49,845 nucleotides of DNA from NCBI GenBank assembly GCA_964429745.1, contig CAYSDI010000003.1, positions 16,958 through 66,802 of the forward strand, written 5' to 3'. The stretch comes from an uncultured Chitinophagales bacterium (GTDB lineage: Bacteria; Bacteroidota; Bacteroidia; Chitinophagales; BACL12). Shown piece after piece: positions 38,954 through 48,200 of the stretch (position 1 is its first letter; every line of letters starts with the position of its first letter). The translations under genes and the position numbers were made by a program. Under the pieces are notes generated by a model. It saw only the letters and a list, made by a program, of their open reading frames with translations. It had not been told where the DNA came from and ran no database searches.

Positions 38954-40398
38954 AACTCCTTGCGCAGGCGAGCCACCGGAATGTTCAGTTGCTCGCGGTA
39001 TTTGGCCACCGTACGCCGCGCAATGTTATAGCCTTTTTCCTGTAAAATCTCGGTGAGTTTCTGGTCGCTGAGCGGGCGGCGCTTGTTTTCGGCCCCGATC
39101 ATATCAGACAAAATGCGCTTGACTTCGCGGGTGGAGACCTCCTCGCCGCTGTCAGTGGTCAGCGATTCAGAAAAGAAGTATTTCAGGGGAAAAGTTCCGA
39201 ACTCCGTGGCTACGTATTTGCTGTTGGCCACCCGGCTGATCGTAGAAATGTCAAGACCCGTCAGTTCCGCGACGTCTTTGAGGATCATCGGGCGCAGGTT
39301 GGTTTCGTCGCCGGTCAGGAAAAACTCTTCCTGGAGCTCCACAATGGAGGCCATAGTGTTGTACAGCGTCTGCTGGCGCTGGCGAATGGCGTCAATGAAC
39401 CACTTGGCCGAGTCCATCTTTTGCTTGATGTACAGAATTTCGTCGCGGGTGCGCTTGTCTTTCTTAGGACTGGCTTTGTAGGCCTGGTAGATGTCTTTAA
39501 AGGAATGGCTGACGCGCAGTTCAGGTGCATTCCGGGAGTTGAGCAGCAGTTCCAAGACCCCGGAATTGTTCAAAATGGTAAAATCCGGGATGATGTACTG
39601 GTTTTGCTTGGATTCGCCCCCCGTTCCCCCGGGCTTGGGGTTTAGTTTGAGAATCTCCCCCAGCGCCAGCTTGATTTCGTCTTCTTCAACCTTGAGCATC
39701 CGCTGCATGCGCTCGTAGTGCTTCTTGGAAAATTCGTCGAACTGCTCATCCAGCACCTTGATGGCCAGGCGAATGATGGGGTTTTCCGGTTTGCGGCGCA
39801 ATTGCAACAACAGGCATTCGCGCAAATCGCGGGCGCCGATGCCGGCGGGCTCCAGGCCCTGAACAATGAGCAAGGCATGTTCCAGTTCGCCGGTTTCAAC
39901 CGTGATGTTACGGCTAAAGGCCAGGTCGTCGGCAATGGCATCGAGCTCGCGGCGCAAGTAGCCGTCTTCATCCAGGCTGCCAATCAACTGCTCTGCGATG
40001 GCGAATGAGCGCGAATCCAATTCCACCATGCCCAATTGGCTGGCCAAGCGCTCCTGGAACGACTCCGTGACGGCCACTGGAACCGTGCGCTCTTCCTCAT
40101 TAGGGTCGCGCTCGGATCGGGTCCGATAAGAATCGTAATCGTCGTCTTCGGAGAAGTAGTCGTCCAGGTTGAGGTCTTCGCCCAGGTTGTCATTTTCCGA
40201 CTCCGGCGCGTCGTCCGTGTCCTGGTAATCGTCCGTTAAATCATCCAGGCCCCCTTCTTCGAGCGCGGGATTAACTTCCAATTCTTCCTGGATGCGCTCT
40301 TCAAGCGAGGCTGTTGGGACCTGCAGCAGTTTCATGAGCTGAATCTGCTGGGGCGAGAGCTTCTGGAGGAGTTTTTGACTTAGACGCTGACGTAGCAT
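38950..40398 (-). CDS. rpoN: RNA polymerase sigma-54 factor
   Basis: Gln/Leu-rich region I, GIGARDLRECL, DISTISRV HTH, RpoN box ARRTVAKYRE. Confidence 0.97.
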   Translation of the reverse strand: MLRQRLSQKLLQKLSPQQIQLMKLLQVPTASLEERIQEELEVNPALEEGGLDDLTDDYQDTDDAPESENDNLGEDLNLDDYFSEDDDYDSYRTRSERDPNEEERTVPVAVTESFQERLASQLGMVELDSRSFAIAEQLIGSLDEDGYLRRELDAIADDLAFSRNITVETGELEHALLIVQGLEPAGIGARDLRECLLLQLRRKPENPIIRLAIKVLDEQFDEFSKKHYERMQRMLKVEEDEIKLALGEILKLNPKPGGTGGESKQNQYIIPDFTILNNSGVLELLLNSRNAPELRVSHSFKDIYQAYKASPKKDKRTRDEILYIKQKMDSAKWFIDAIRQRQQTLYNTMASIVELQEEFFLTGDETNLRPMILKDVAELTGLDISTISRVANSKYVATEFGTFPLKYFFSESLTTDSGEEVSTREVKRILSDMIGAENKRRPLSDQKLTEILQEKGYNIARRTVAKYREQLNIPVARLRKEL

Positions 40399-40555
40399 AG
40401 AGCGGTTAAATTACACCGAAAACAGAGAGTTGGCCACACGGGAATGAAAGTTGGGAACGGCAAATGAACCAGTTGGGCACTGCTCAAGGTTCAGAAGCTG
40501 ACTTTTGAACGCCCCGCCTTTTCCCCGTATTTTTGGCGGCTGCAAATGACATGCC

Positions 40556-42094
40556 ATGAGTTCCTCTGAGACCGAAAAATACGTGTATATCGATGCTTTG
40601 GGTTCGCTTGAAGGGCAATCCGTGACCCTCAAGGGCTGGGTTACCTTTCGCCGGGACAGCAAGGGTATCGTGTTCCTGGGGCTCCGGGATGGGAGCGGCT
40701 TTGCTCAGACCGTAGTGACGGAGGATCAGGTTTCGGCCGAAATCTTTGCGCTGGCCAGTGTATTAGCGTTGGAAAACTCTGTGGTCGTGCACGGGATCGT
40801 GGTGCGCAATGAGCGCATGAACGAGATGGAAATAGCGGTTAGCGGGCTTGAACTCATTCAGGCAGGACCGGAATACCCCATTTCGCGCAAAGCCCACGGG
40901 GTGGAATTCCTGATGGACCAGCGCCACCTTTGGCTGCGCTCCCAAAAGCAGTGGGCCATGATGCGCCTGCGCAACCGGATCGTGTTTGCCATTCACCGCT
41001 TTTTTCAGGATAGGGGCTTTTTGCAGCTTGACCCGCCCATTTTTACCGGGAACGCGGTAGAGGGCACAACGACCCTCTTTGAAACAGATTTTTACGGTGA
41101 ACCGGCCTATTTAAGCCAAAGCGGCCAGTTGTATGGCGAAGCGCTTGCGCTGGCCCATGGCAAGATTTACACTTTTGGCCCCACTTTTCGGGCAGAAAAG
41201 AGCAAAACGCGCCGCCATTTGTCCGAATTCTGGATGATTGAGCCGGAAATGGCCTTTTACGACCTTGACCGGAACATGGACCTGATCGAGGACTTTATCG
41301 TCTTTGTTACGCAAGATGTCCTGGAGGGCTGTGCCAAAGAACTCGCTATCCTGGAGCGCAACCTCGCGCCGTTGCAAAACGTGCAAAAGCCCTTCCCCCG
41401 GATGACGTATGAAGACGCCGTTTCCATTATCCGGGGCGAAAAGGATGTGGATGGCCGCAACAGTTTGGTCGTCATGCAGCAGGATTTGGACGAGTTGCAG
41501 CGCCAGATTGCCGAAAACAGCGCCGACATTGCTCGGCGAGAGGAGGCTGTAGCCGGCGGAAGCCTGAAAAAGGGCGAAATCAACTTCAACCGCAGCCGGA
41601 TTGACCAACTCATTGCCACGAACAAAGACCTGGAAGAAAAGGCCGGGAACATCCCGCAATGGCTGGAGTCAGCCCGCAATTTTACCCGCGGCGAAGATTT
41701 TGGCGGCTCCGATGAAACGGTGCTGACGCGCCTGTTTGATCGGCCGGTGATGGTGTACCGCTGGCCCGCCGCCATCAAAGCGTTCTACATGAAGCGCGAC
41801 CCGGAGCACCCCGACTACGTCAAAGGCGTCGATCTTTTGGCCCCTGAAGGCTATGGCGAAATAGTTGGGGGCGCTGAGCGGGAGGACAACCTGGAGCTGC
41901 TCCTGCACCGGATCGAAGAACACAAATTGCCGGTGGACGCGTTCCAGTGGTACCTGGACCTGCGCCGTTACGGCTCTGTGCCCCATGCCGGTTTCGGCCT
42001 TGGCCTGGAGCGACTGGTCACCTGGATGGCAGGCACGCGCCACATCCGGGAGGCTATCCCATTTCCGCGAGCTTATGGCAGACTGCGGCCGTAA
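40556..42094 (+). CDS. asnS: Asparagine--tRNA ligase with a large helical insertion
   Basis: OB-fold anticodon domain (LRDGSG), RHLWLRS, LSQSGQLY, motif 2 FRAEKSKTRRHLSEF, GYGEIVGG, motif 3 PHAGFGLGLER. Confidence 0.93.
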   Translation: MSSSETEKYVYIDALGSLEGQSVTLKGWVTFRRDSKGIVFLGLRDGSGFAQTVVTEDQVSAEIFALASVLALENSVVVHGIVVRNERMNEMEIAVSGLELIQAGPEYPISRKAHGVEFLMDQRHLWLRSQKQWAMMRLRNRIVFAIHRFFQDRGFLQLDPPIFTGNAVEGTTTLFETDFYGEPAYLSQSGQLYGEALALAHGKIYTFGPTFRAEKSKTRRHLSEFWMIEPEMAFYDLDRNMDLIEDFIVFVTQDVLEGCAKELAILERNLAPLQNVQKPFPRMTYEDAVSIIRGEKDVDGRNSLVVMQQDLDELQRQIAENSADIARREEAVAGGSLKKGEINFNRSRIDQLIATNKDLEEKAGNIPQWLESARNFTRGEDFGGSDETVLTRLFDRPVMVYRWPAAIKAFYMKRDPEHPDYVKGVDLLAPEGYGEIVGGAEREDNLELLLHRIEEHKLPVDAFQWYLDLRRYGSVPHAGFGLGLERLVTWMAGTRHIREAIPFPRAYGRLRP

Positions 42095-42141
42095 GGTTAG
42101 TTACGCTACCGCTGCTTTTACTGTTCAACGATTCGGTAATT

Positions 42142-43017
42142 ATGAATAAGATTGATAAAATTCTTGTTTGTCCAAACTGTCTTCAGGCGAGTTTAGCACA
42201 GGCGGCTAAGGAAAAAATGATCTGCACCAACTGTAAGGAAACCTATGATAGCATTCAGGGCAAACCTTTCTTGTTGCCCGCGCATTCCGACATTAAAATT
42301 GACTTTTTTAAGACCTTATCCAAACCCCGGAAAAAGAGCCTTTTGTCGCGGATTCCCATTCCAAGCCAACGGCTCTGGACGCATTCCTCCATAAAGTTAG
42401 TGGCTCAAATTCTTAAGGAAAATGATCCTGCCGGTCAGGATAGTTATGTAATGAATATGGGGTCGGGCGGTGAAAACGTTTACAGAAAGCTCTTTCAACC
42501 CTATGACGAAAGTATCATCCGGGTTGGCTTACCGCATGATGGGAAAATTGATGTTTTTGGCGATGCCATGGGGTTGCCTTTAGCCGCTGATTCCATCGAT
42601 GTTTTGTTATCTTCTTCCGTGTTTGAACACATCAAAAATCCGGAAAAAGCTGCTGCTGAAATTTTCCGTGTTCTCAAGCCGGGAGGCAAAGTTTATGCCG
42701 AAATTCCTTTTATGCGTGGTTTTCATATGGAACCCATTGATTACCAACGCTACACAATTGAAGGCATTGAACAACTGTTTGAACGCCACGGCTTGCGACT
42801 GGTCAAGAAGGGCATCTGCTCCGGTACTTTCAATACCTGGGCGTTGTTTATGGTTGATTTCCTGGTGGCCATAGCACCAAAAGGCACCAAATTTCCCGTC
42901 CGTTTTCTGGTTTCCTGGCTAACCCATCCGTTCAAATACCTGGATCGCCTGTTTGAGCACTCCAAGTGGAATTACAAACTGGCTTGTAACTTTTACTATT
43001 ACGGAGAGAAGCCCTGA
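42142..43017 (+). CDS. Class I SAM-dependent methyltransferase with N-terminal Zn-ribbon (Trm112-like)
   Basis: CPNC ... CTNC; MNMGSGG; GDAMGLPL ... SSVFEHI ... RVLKPGG; DYQRYT; start MNKID at 42142. Confidence 0.85.
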   Translation: MNKIDKILVCPNCLQASLAQAAKEKMICTNCKETYDSIQGKPFLLPAHSDIKIDFFKTLSKPRKKSLLSRIPIPSQRLWTHSSIKLVAQILKENDPAGQDSYVMNMGSGGENVYRKLFQPYDESIIRVGLPHDGKIDVFGDAMGLPLAADSIDVLLSSSVFEHIKNPEKAAAEIFRVLKPGGKVYAEIPFMRGFHMEPIDYQRYTIEGIEQLFERHGLRLVKKGICSGTFNTWALFMVDFLVAIAPKGTKFPVRFLVSWLTHPFKYLDRLFEHSKWNYKLACNFYYYGEKP

Positions 43018-43024
43018 TCGGTCT

Positions 43025-43915
43025 TTACGCTACCTGCCCGTGTACCGCTGACCAGATGCGGTACCAATCCTGTCGGGTCAGCAGAATGGACTGGGCGCGG
43101 GCGGCTTCTCTGATGCGATCCAGCCGGGTGGTGCCGGTTACCGGGATGATGCCGGCGGGGTGGAGCAGCAGCCACGCGTAAGCCAGACTTTCCGGACTGG
43201 CAAAATAGCGCTCGCTCAGGTGCTCCCAAACAGGTTGAAGGGCTGGATGATCCAGGAGTTTGCCCGCGGCCAACGGCGACCAGGCCATCGGACGCAGCCC
43301 GCGCTCCAAGCACTGGTCCAGGGTTCCGTCCAGAAAAGCTGCGGGTTGCAACGGGGAAATTTCCACCTGGTGAAACCCCAGTTCCGGAAAAACCGACAAA
43401 AGCATTTGCACCTGTGAAGGGCGGAAGTTGCTCAGCCCAAAGGCGCGGACTTTGCCCTGCTTTTGCAGCGCGATGAAGGCTTCGGCCAGCGCTTGCGGAT
43501 CCAAGAGAAAGTCGGGCCTGTGCAGAAACAGGATGTCCAGGTAATCTGTCTGCAGGTTGCGAAGGCTCTGCTCTACAGATGCGATGATGTGTTCGGGGCT
43601 GCTGTCGTACGACTTGATGGCGTGATTGGGGCGGTTGGAGCCCGGCATGCGAATGCCGCATTTGGTCATCAAGGTCAGTTGACTCCTGAGCGCTGGTTGC
43701 TCCTTGAGCAGGCGGCCAAAATCTTCTTCAGTACTGTAATGCCCGTAAATGTCGGCATGGTCAAAGAGCGAAAGCCCGCTTTCCAGGCAGCCCTCCACGA
43801 AAGCCTGCCAGCCCGGCGTGTCCAGCGCTGCCCCCCAGCGGCCCAAGCGCATGCAGCCCACGGCAAGGGTAGGGTGAGGAAACGTCAGGGTGTCGCGGTC
43901 GGGGGAATGGGCCAT
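43025..43915 (-). CDS. Aldo/keto reductase (YdhF-like)
   Basis: GCMRL, FDHADIYG, TKCGI, LHRPD, GKVRAFGLSNF, MAWSPL. Confidence 0.92.
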   Translation of the reverse strand: MAHSPDRDTLTFPHPTLAVGCMRLGRWGAALDTPGWQAFVEGCLESGLSLFDHADIYGHYSTEEDFGRLLKEQPALRSQLTLMTKCGIRMPGSNRPNHAIKSYDSSPEHIIASVEQSLRNLQTDYLDILFLHRPDFLLDPQALAEAFIALQKQGKVRAFGLSNFRPSQVQMLLSVFPELGFHQVEISPLQPAAFLDGTLDQCLERGLRPMAWSPLAAGKLLDHPALQPVWEHLSERYFASPESLAYAWLLLHPAGIIPVTGTTRLDRIREAARAQSILLTRQDWYRIWSAVHGQVA

Positions 43916-44095
43916 GGGTCAAATTGCGAAGCAAGGTTGTGAGTGGTCAGGGTAGCCCTTGGCCCGGAAAAATACCACAAAGTGATGGCATGGGACTTTG
44001 CTTGGCCCGCCTGTAAGCTAACTTTACCCTTTGCTACCCTCTGCTTTTACCCGGAACGTCCCGGGTGGGAAACCATCACTAACCGCTTCAACCGC

Positions 44096-45049
44096 ATGAC
44101 TTCTTCTATCGGAATTCCGGTCGTGGATCTGGCGCTTTTTCAGCAGCCCGGCACCAAACAAGACTTTGTGAAAGCTATTGGCAGGGCCTACGAAGAGGTC
44201 GGCTTTGTGGCTGTGACCAATCACGGCATTGACCATGATTTGGTGGAGCGTTTTTACCACCAGGTCAAAGCTTTTTTTGGCATGCCACGTGAGGCCAAAA
44301 AAAAATATGAAATTGTAGAATTGGCCGGCCAGCGCGGATACACCAGTTTCGGCCGCGAACACGCCAAAGGCAGCGATGCTCCCGACCTCAAAGAGTTCTG
44401 GCAGTTCGGACAGCCTGGCGGCGCCGAAACGCTTGACCCCGGCGAGTACCCCGACAACCTGGAAGTGGCAGAATTGCCGGAGTTCAACCGAACCGGCATG
44501 GAGTTGTACCAGAATTTTGAGCAGAGCGGCCGCCTCTTGTTGCAGTCCATTGCGCTGCACCTGGGGCTGGACGAGCATTATTTTGATGCCGGTATCCACA
44601 ACGGCAACAGCATTTTACGCGCCATTCACTACCCGCCCATTACCGAAGAGCCCAACACGTCCATTCGCTCGGAGCAACACGAAGACATTAACCTGATCAC
44701 GCTGCTGGTGGGTGCTTCGGCTGACGGTCTGCAAGTGTTGAACATGCAGGGCGAATGGGTCCCGGTCAATACCACGCCGGACATGATCGTGGTGAACGTT
44801 GGTGACATGTTGCAACGGCTCACCAACGGCCGGCTAAAGTCTACTACACACCGCGTGGTCAACCCGCCGCGCGACCAATGGCATACCTCCCGTCTGTCGG
44901 TGCCTTTCTTCCTGCACCCGCGCTCTGAAGTGCCGCTTAACTGCCTGGAGTCCTGCACCAATACAGAGCGTCCCCGCCAATTTGAGGACATCACCGCCGG
45001 TGCTTACTTGCGCGAACGGCTGATTGAAATCGGGCTGCTGAAGGCTTGA
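44096..45049 (+). CDS. 2-oxoglutarate/Fe(II) oxygenase, isopenicillin N synthase family
   Basis: IPVVDL, GFVAVTNHGI, GQRGY, HEDINLITLL (HxD), STTHRV and RLS (RxS); start MTSSIG at 44096. Confidence 0.92.
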   Translation: MTSSIGIPVVDLALFQQPGTKQDFVKAIGRAYEEVGFVAVTNHGIDHDLVERFYHQVKAFFGMPREAKKKYEIVELAGQRGYTSFGREHAKGSDAPDLKEFWQFGQPGGAETLDPGEYPDNLEVAELPEFNRTGMELYQNFEQSGRLLLQSIALHLGLDEHYFDAGIHNGNSILRAIHYPPITEEPNTSIRSEQHEDINLITLLVGASADGLQVLNMQGEWVPVNTTPDMIVVNVGDMLQRLTNGRLKSTTHRVVNPPRDQWHTSRLSVPFFLHPRSEVPLNCLESCTNTERPRQFEDITAGAYLRERLIEIGLLKA

Positions 45050-45077
45050 ACCGAACTGACCGAAGCGTTTCCAAGAC

Positions 45078-45116
45078 AGAGAAAGCCGCCCCGTGCAGGG
45101 CGGCTTTCTCTCTTTC
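45078..45116 (+). terminator. Rho-independent terminator between convergent genes
   Basis: AGAGAAAGCCGCCC-CGTGCA-GGGCGGCTTTCTCT followed by a pyrimidine run. Confidence 0.8.
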
Positions 45117-45211
45117 ATCAAACCAGGTTTAAGGCTGGTCTGTTTCGGGCTTTGTCTGGCCAGGGACATTTGTTGCCCATTGACCTGTAGGTCTGGATAT
45201 ACCAGCCCTGC

Positions 45212-48200
45212 TTACTCGGCCGTGTACACAAACTTTTCGAGCACGCTTTCGCCGTTCACCTGCCATTTGGCCAGGTAAACACCGGGTGCGCGACCGCTCA
45301 GGTCAAAACGAGCCTGGTAGCTGTTGGTGCGGCCCGCTTGCTCAGCGTGAATTAACATGCCGGTGACATCGTAGATTTCCAGGCTCAGTTCGGCAACCTT
45401 GCCCAAAGTGATGGACAGGTTAATCGTTGAAGCCGTAGGATTCGGGAAAACGTCGCTTTCCAACAGGTCCACTTCGCCCACTCGCGGAGCGCCACCACAA
45501 CTGGTGGTGAAGGTTCTCAACGGGGAGCAATCGGACAGCACGCCGGTACAAAGAGCGCGGACGCACCATTCGTAACTGGTACAGGGTTCCAGACCGCCGA
45601 TGCGCTTGCCCAGTTCAGCTACGGGAATTTCCAGGAAATCCGTGGTGCCCACCTTGCGGATAGAAACCAGGTAACCGGTAGCGTCAATGACCAAATTCCA
45701 GAACAGGTCAACCGTATGACGTCCGTTTACTACTTCGCCCGTTCCCGTCGGAGGCAAACAAGTGCTGCATCCGCTGGCCGGATCAATGGCAATAGTTCCC
45801 GGCTTCTGGTCAAAGCAGCCTTTGTTGTCGCGGACTGCAATTGCCGTGTAGGAACCCGGAGCCAGGTGAACCATCATCGGTTCGCTGGCGAAGGGGCCGT
45901 AGATCACCGAGCCAATTTTAACGCGGTATGGAGGCATACCGGCTTTGGCATCGTCCAGGTCAATAACCACCGAACCGAGCCCGGAAGCGCAGTCGGCGTC
46001 ATTCACGGCAACCGTCAGAATTTCCAGTTCGGGTTCGCCGATGAGATAGGTCTGATTGCTGCTGCCCTCGCAACCGCCGGCATCTTCTACCACAATGCTG
46101 TTGATAGTAGCACCACCGGGTGCATTGCTGATCACAATTGGCTCGCTGGCAAATGGCCCGAGCACAAAGCTGCCATTGATCGTGACCGTATAGGGTCCCG
46201 ATCCTGCACTGGCATCGTCCAGGTCAATGACTACCACACCGTTGTTGACAGAACAGCTTGTAGCAGCGGTAACCGTAACATTAGCTATGACCAGTTCGGT
46301 GTTTAAGATAATCCCCTGCGAAGCTGAAACCGTGTTGCCACAAGCATCGCTTGCCGTCCAGGTGCGGGTAATGACATTACCGCTTACTGATTCGTTGAAC
46401 ATCACGCTAACTGACGCGTCGCAATTGTCCACGGCAATCACCAACGGAGGTGCAGGGGTAGGCTCACCGCAGTTCAGGTTCAGGTTGTTGGGAACACCGA
46501 CCAGGTTGGGGGCAAGGTTGTCCAGCACCGTGATGATCTGCGTTGCGGAAATTGAGTTTCCTGCAGCATCCGTGGCTGTCCAGGTGCGGTTAATCGTGCG
46601 GCACTCGTCGGGACCCGGACCATAGGTTTCGTTCAGGATCACCATCACGGCACCGTCACAATCGTCCATGGCCGTTACCAGCGCAGCGGCAGGAATGGAA
46701 CCACAATCCGCGCTGATGTCCGATGGAACACCGCTTAAAACTGGCTTAGTCAGGTCGGGATTCAGCGCAATCTGTTGCGTGTAGCTCGTGGAATTTCCAC
46801 AGTCATCAGTAGCAGTCCAGGTGCGCTCCAGCACACCGGCTACCGTCACTTCCGAGAAATGAACCGTTACGTCCAGGTCGCAGTTGTCCGCAGCCGTAAT
46901 GGAAGGTACCGGTGGAATGGGATCGTTGCAGTTGAGCGAAATGTTCGCAGGCTGCATGCTCAGGACCGGGGCTTGCGTGTCCGTCACGGTGATGGTTTGC
47001 GTGTGGCTGCTGCTGTTTCCGCAAGCATCCGTGGCTGTCCAGGTGCGCACGATTTGGTAGCTGCCGGAGGCGCATGTACCCACCATTTCATTGAACGAAA
47101 CGGGAACGGAAATGCCACTGGTCACGCTGCAAGAGGTTTTGAACGCACTGTTGGGAATAAGCTGTTTGGCGATGCCCGGACCTTGCCAGCGCGTTTCCAT
47201 CAGCTCGCTGCCCGTGTTCTCAAAGAACTGGATCTCGATGCTGTGGCATCCGGCCGTCAGGTGCCTGGTACCGCTCACCTCAGAGGCAGCGTGCAGCCCA
47301 TCATTGTTCACGACCAAAACCCCATCAATGTAAAGCCGTGAACCATCGTCCGACTTGGTGAAGAAGGTGTAGTTGCCAGTGGTGGGAATTTCAATGGCCC
47401 CCGTCCAGCGGATGACGTACCTTTCGAGGACGGTGCGGATGGCCAGGTGGTCGGCATTCTGCGCGTTCGGCGTAATGCCGGTTTTCACAGGCGTTCCTGC
47501 CGTAGCCAAGAAACTGGCCAGGCTGGAAATGGTCGAAGCACTGGTCCAGTACTCGTAATTCAAGCCGGCATTCTCATCGCCCGTACAACCGCCTTCAAGG
47601 TTGAAGTCGCCGTTGCCGCTGGCGGTTGCGCCGTAAATGGTACCGGTGTAGTAGAACCAGAACGACATGCCGTAAGTGGCATCCATGTCATTAGCGCCTG
47701 CCCCAATCTGAAGACCCATGCTAAAGTCGCTGGGCTTGTTGGTCAGGTTGAGCACATCACCGGCAAAGCAACCGGTGCCAGTCAGTTTTGATCGGGAGCC
47801 GTCCACTTCGTAGTAGGTCCAGGTCTCATAGATGGTACCAGTGGTGCCGGGACCGGGCTTGTAGGTGCGACCCATGGCCGACCAGGTAGCCCAATCATAA
47901 GCGCCGCTAAACCAGACATCTACTTCCCATCCGCACAAAGCATTGTCTTTGTTCTGGACCGTACCGGTCAGGTGCGCGGTACCGTTGTCGTACACTTCAA
48001 AATTGCCCGTTCCCCCAACCCAAACGTAGTTGGCGTTCAGGCCGGTTAACGGCAACCAAAGGCTGCGGCGGTAGGTACCGTTGTTGTAGCCTTGCACCGG
48101 ACAAACCTGGCCGCCGCATCCATCAAGAGCGGTCAGCACATCAGCGGCGGGGATAGCGCCACAGTCAGCCGTAAGGTTGGCAGGGGCACCGCTCAATACC

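Noticed and set aside
41947-42141. Extended 5' ends given by the ORF track (also 3925, 5129, 5750, 12267, 17294, 21032, 21591, 24261, 26168, 43943)
   Set aside because: The extensions overlap neighbouring genes or promoter elements; downstream ATGs give clean signal peptides or family-typical N-termini.
44096-45049. Beta-lactam or other secondary-metabolite cluster around the IPNS-family oxygenase
   Set aside because: No NRPS/PKS or tailoring cluster nearby; stand-alone members of this family are common.
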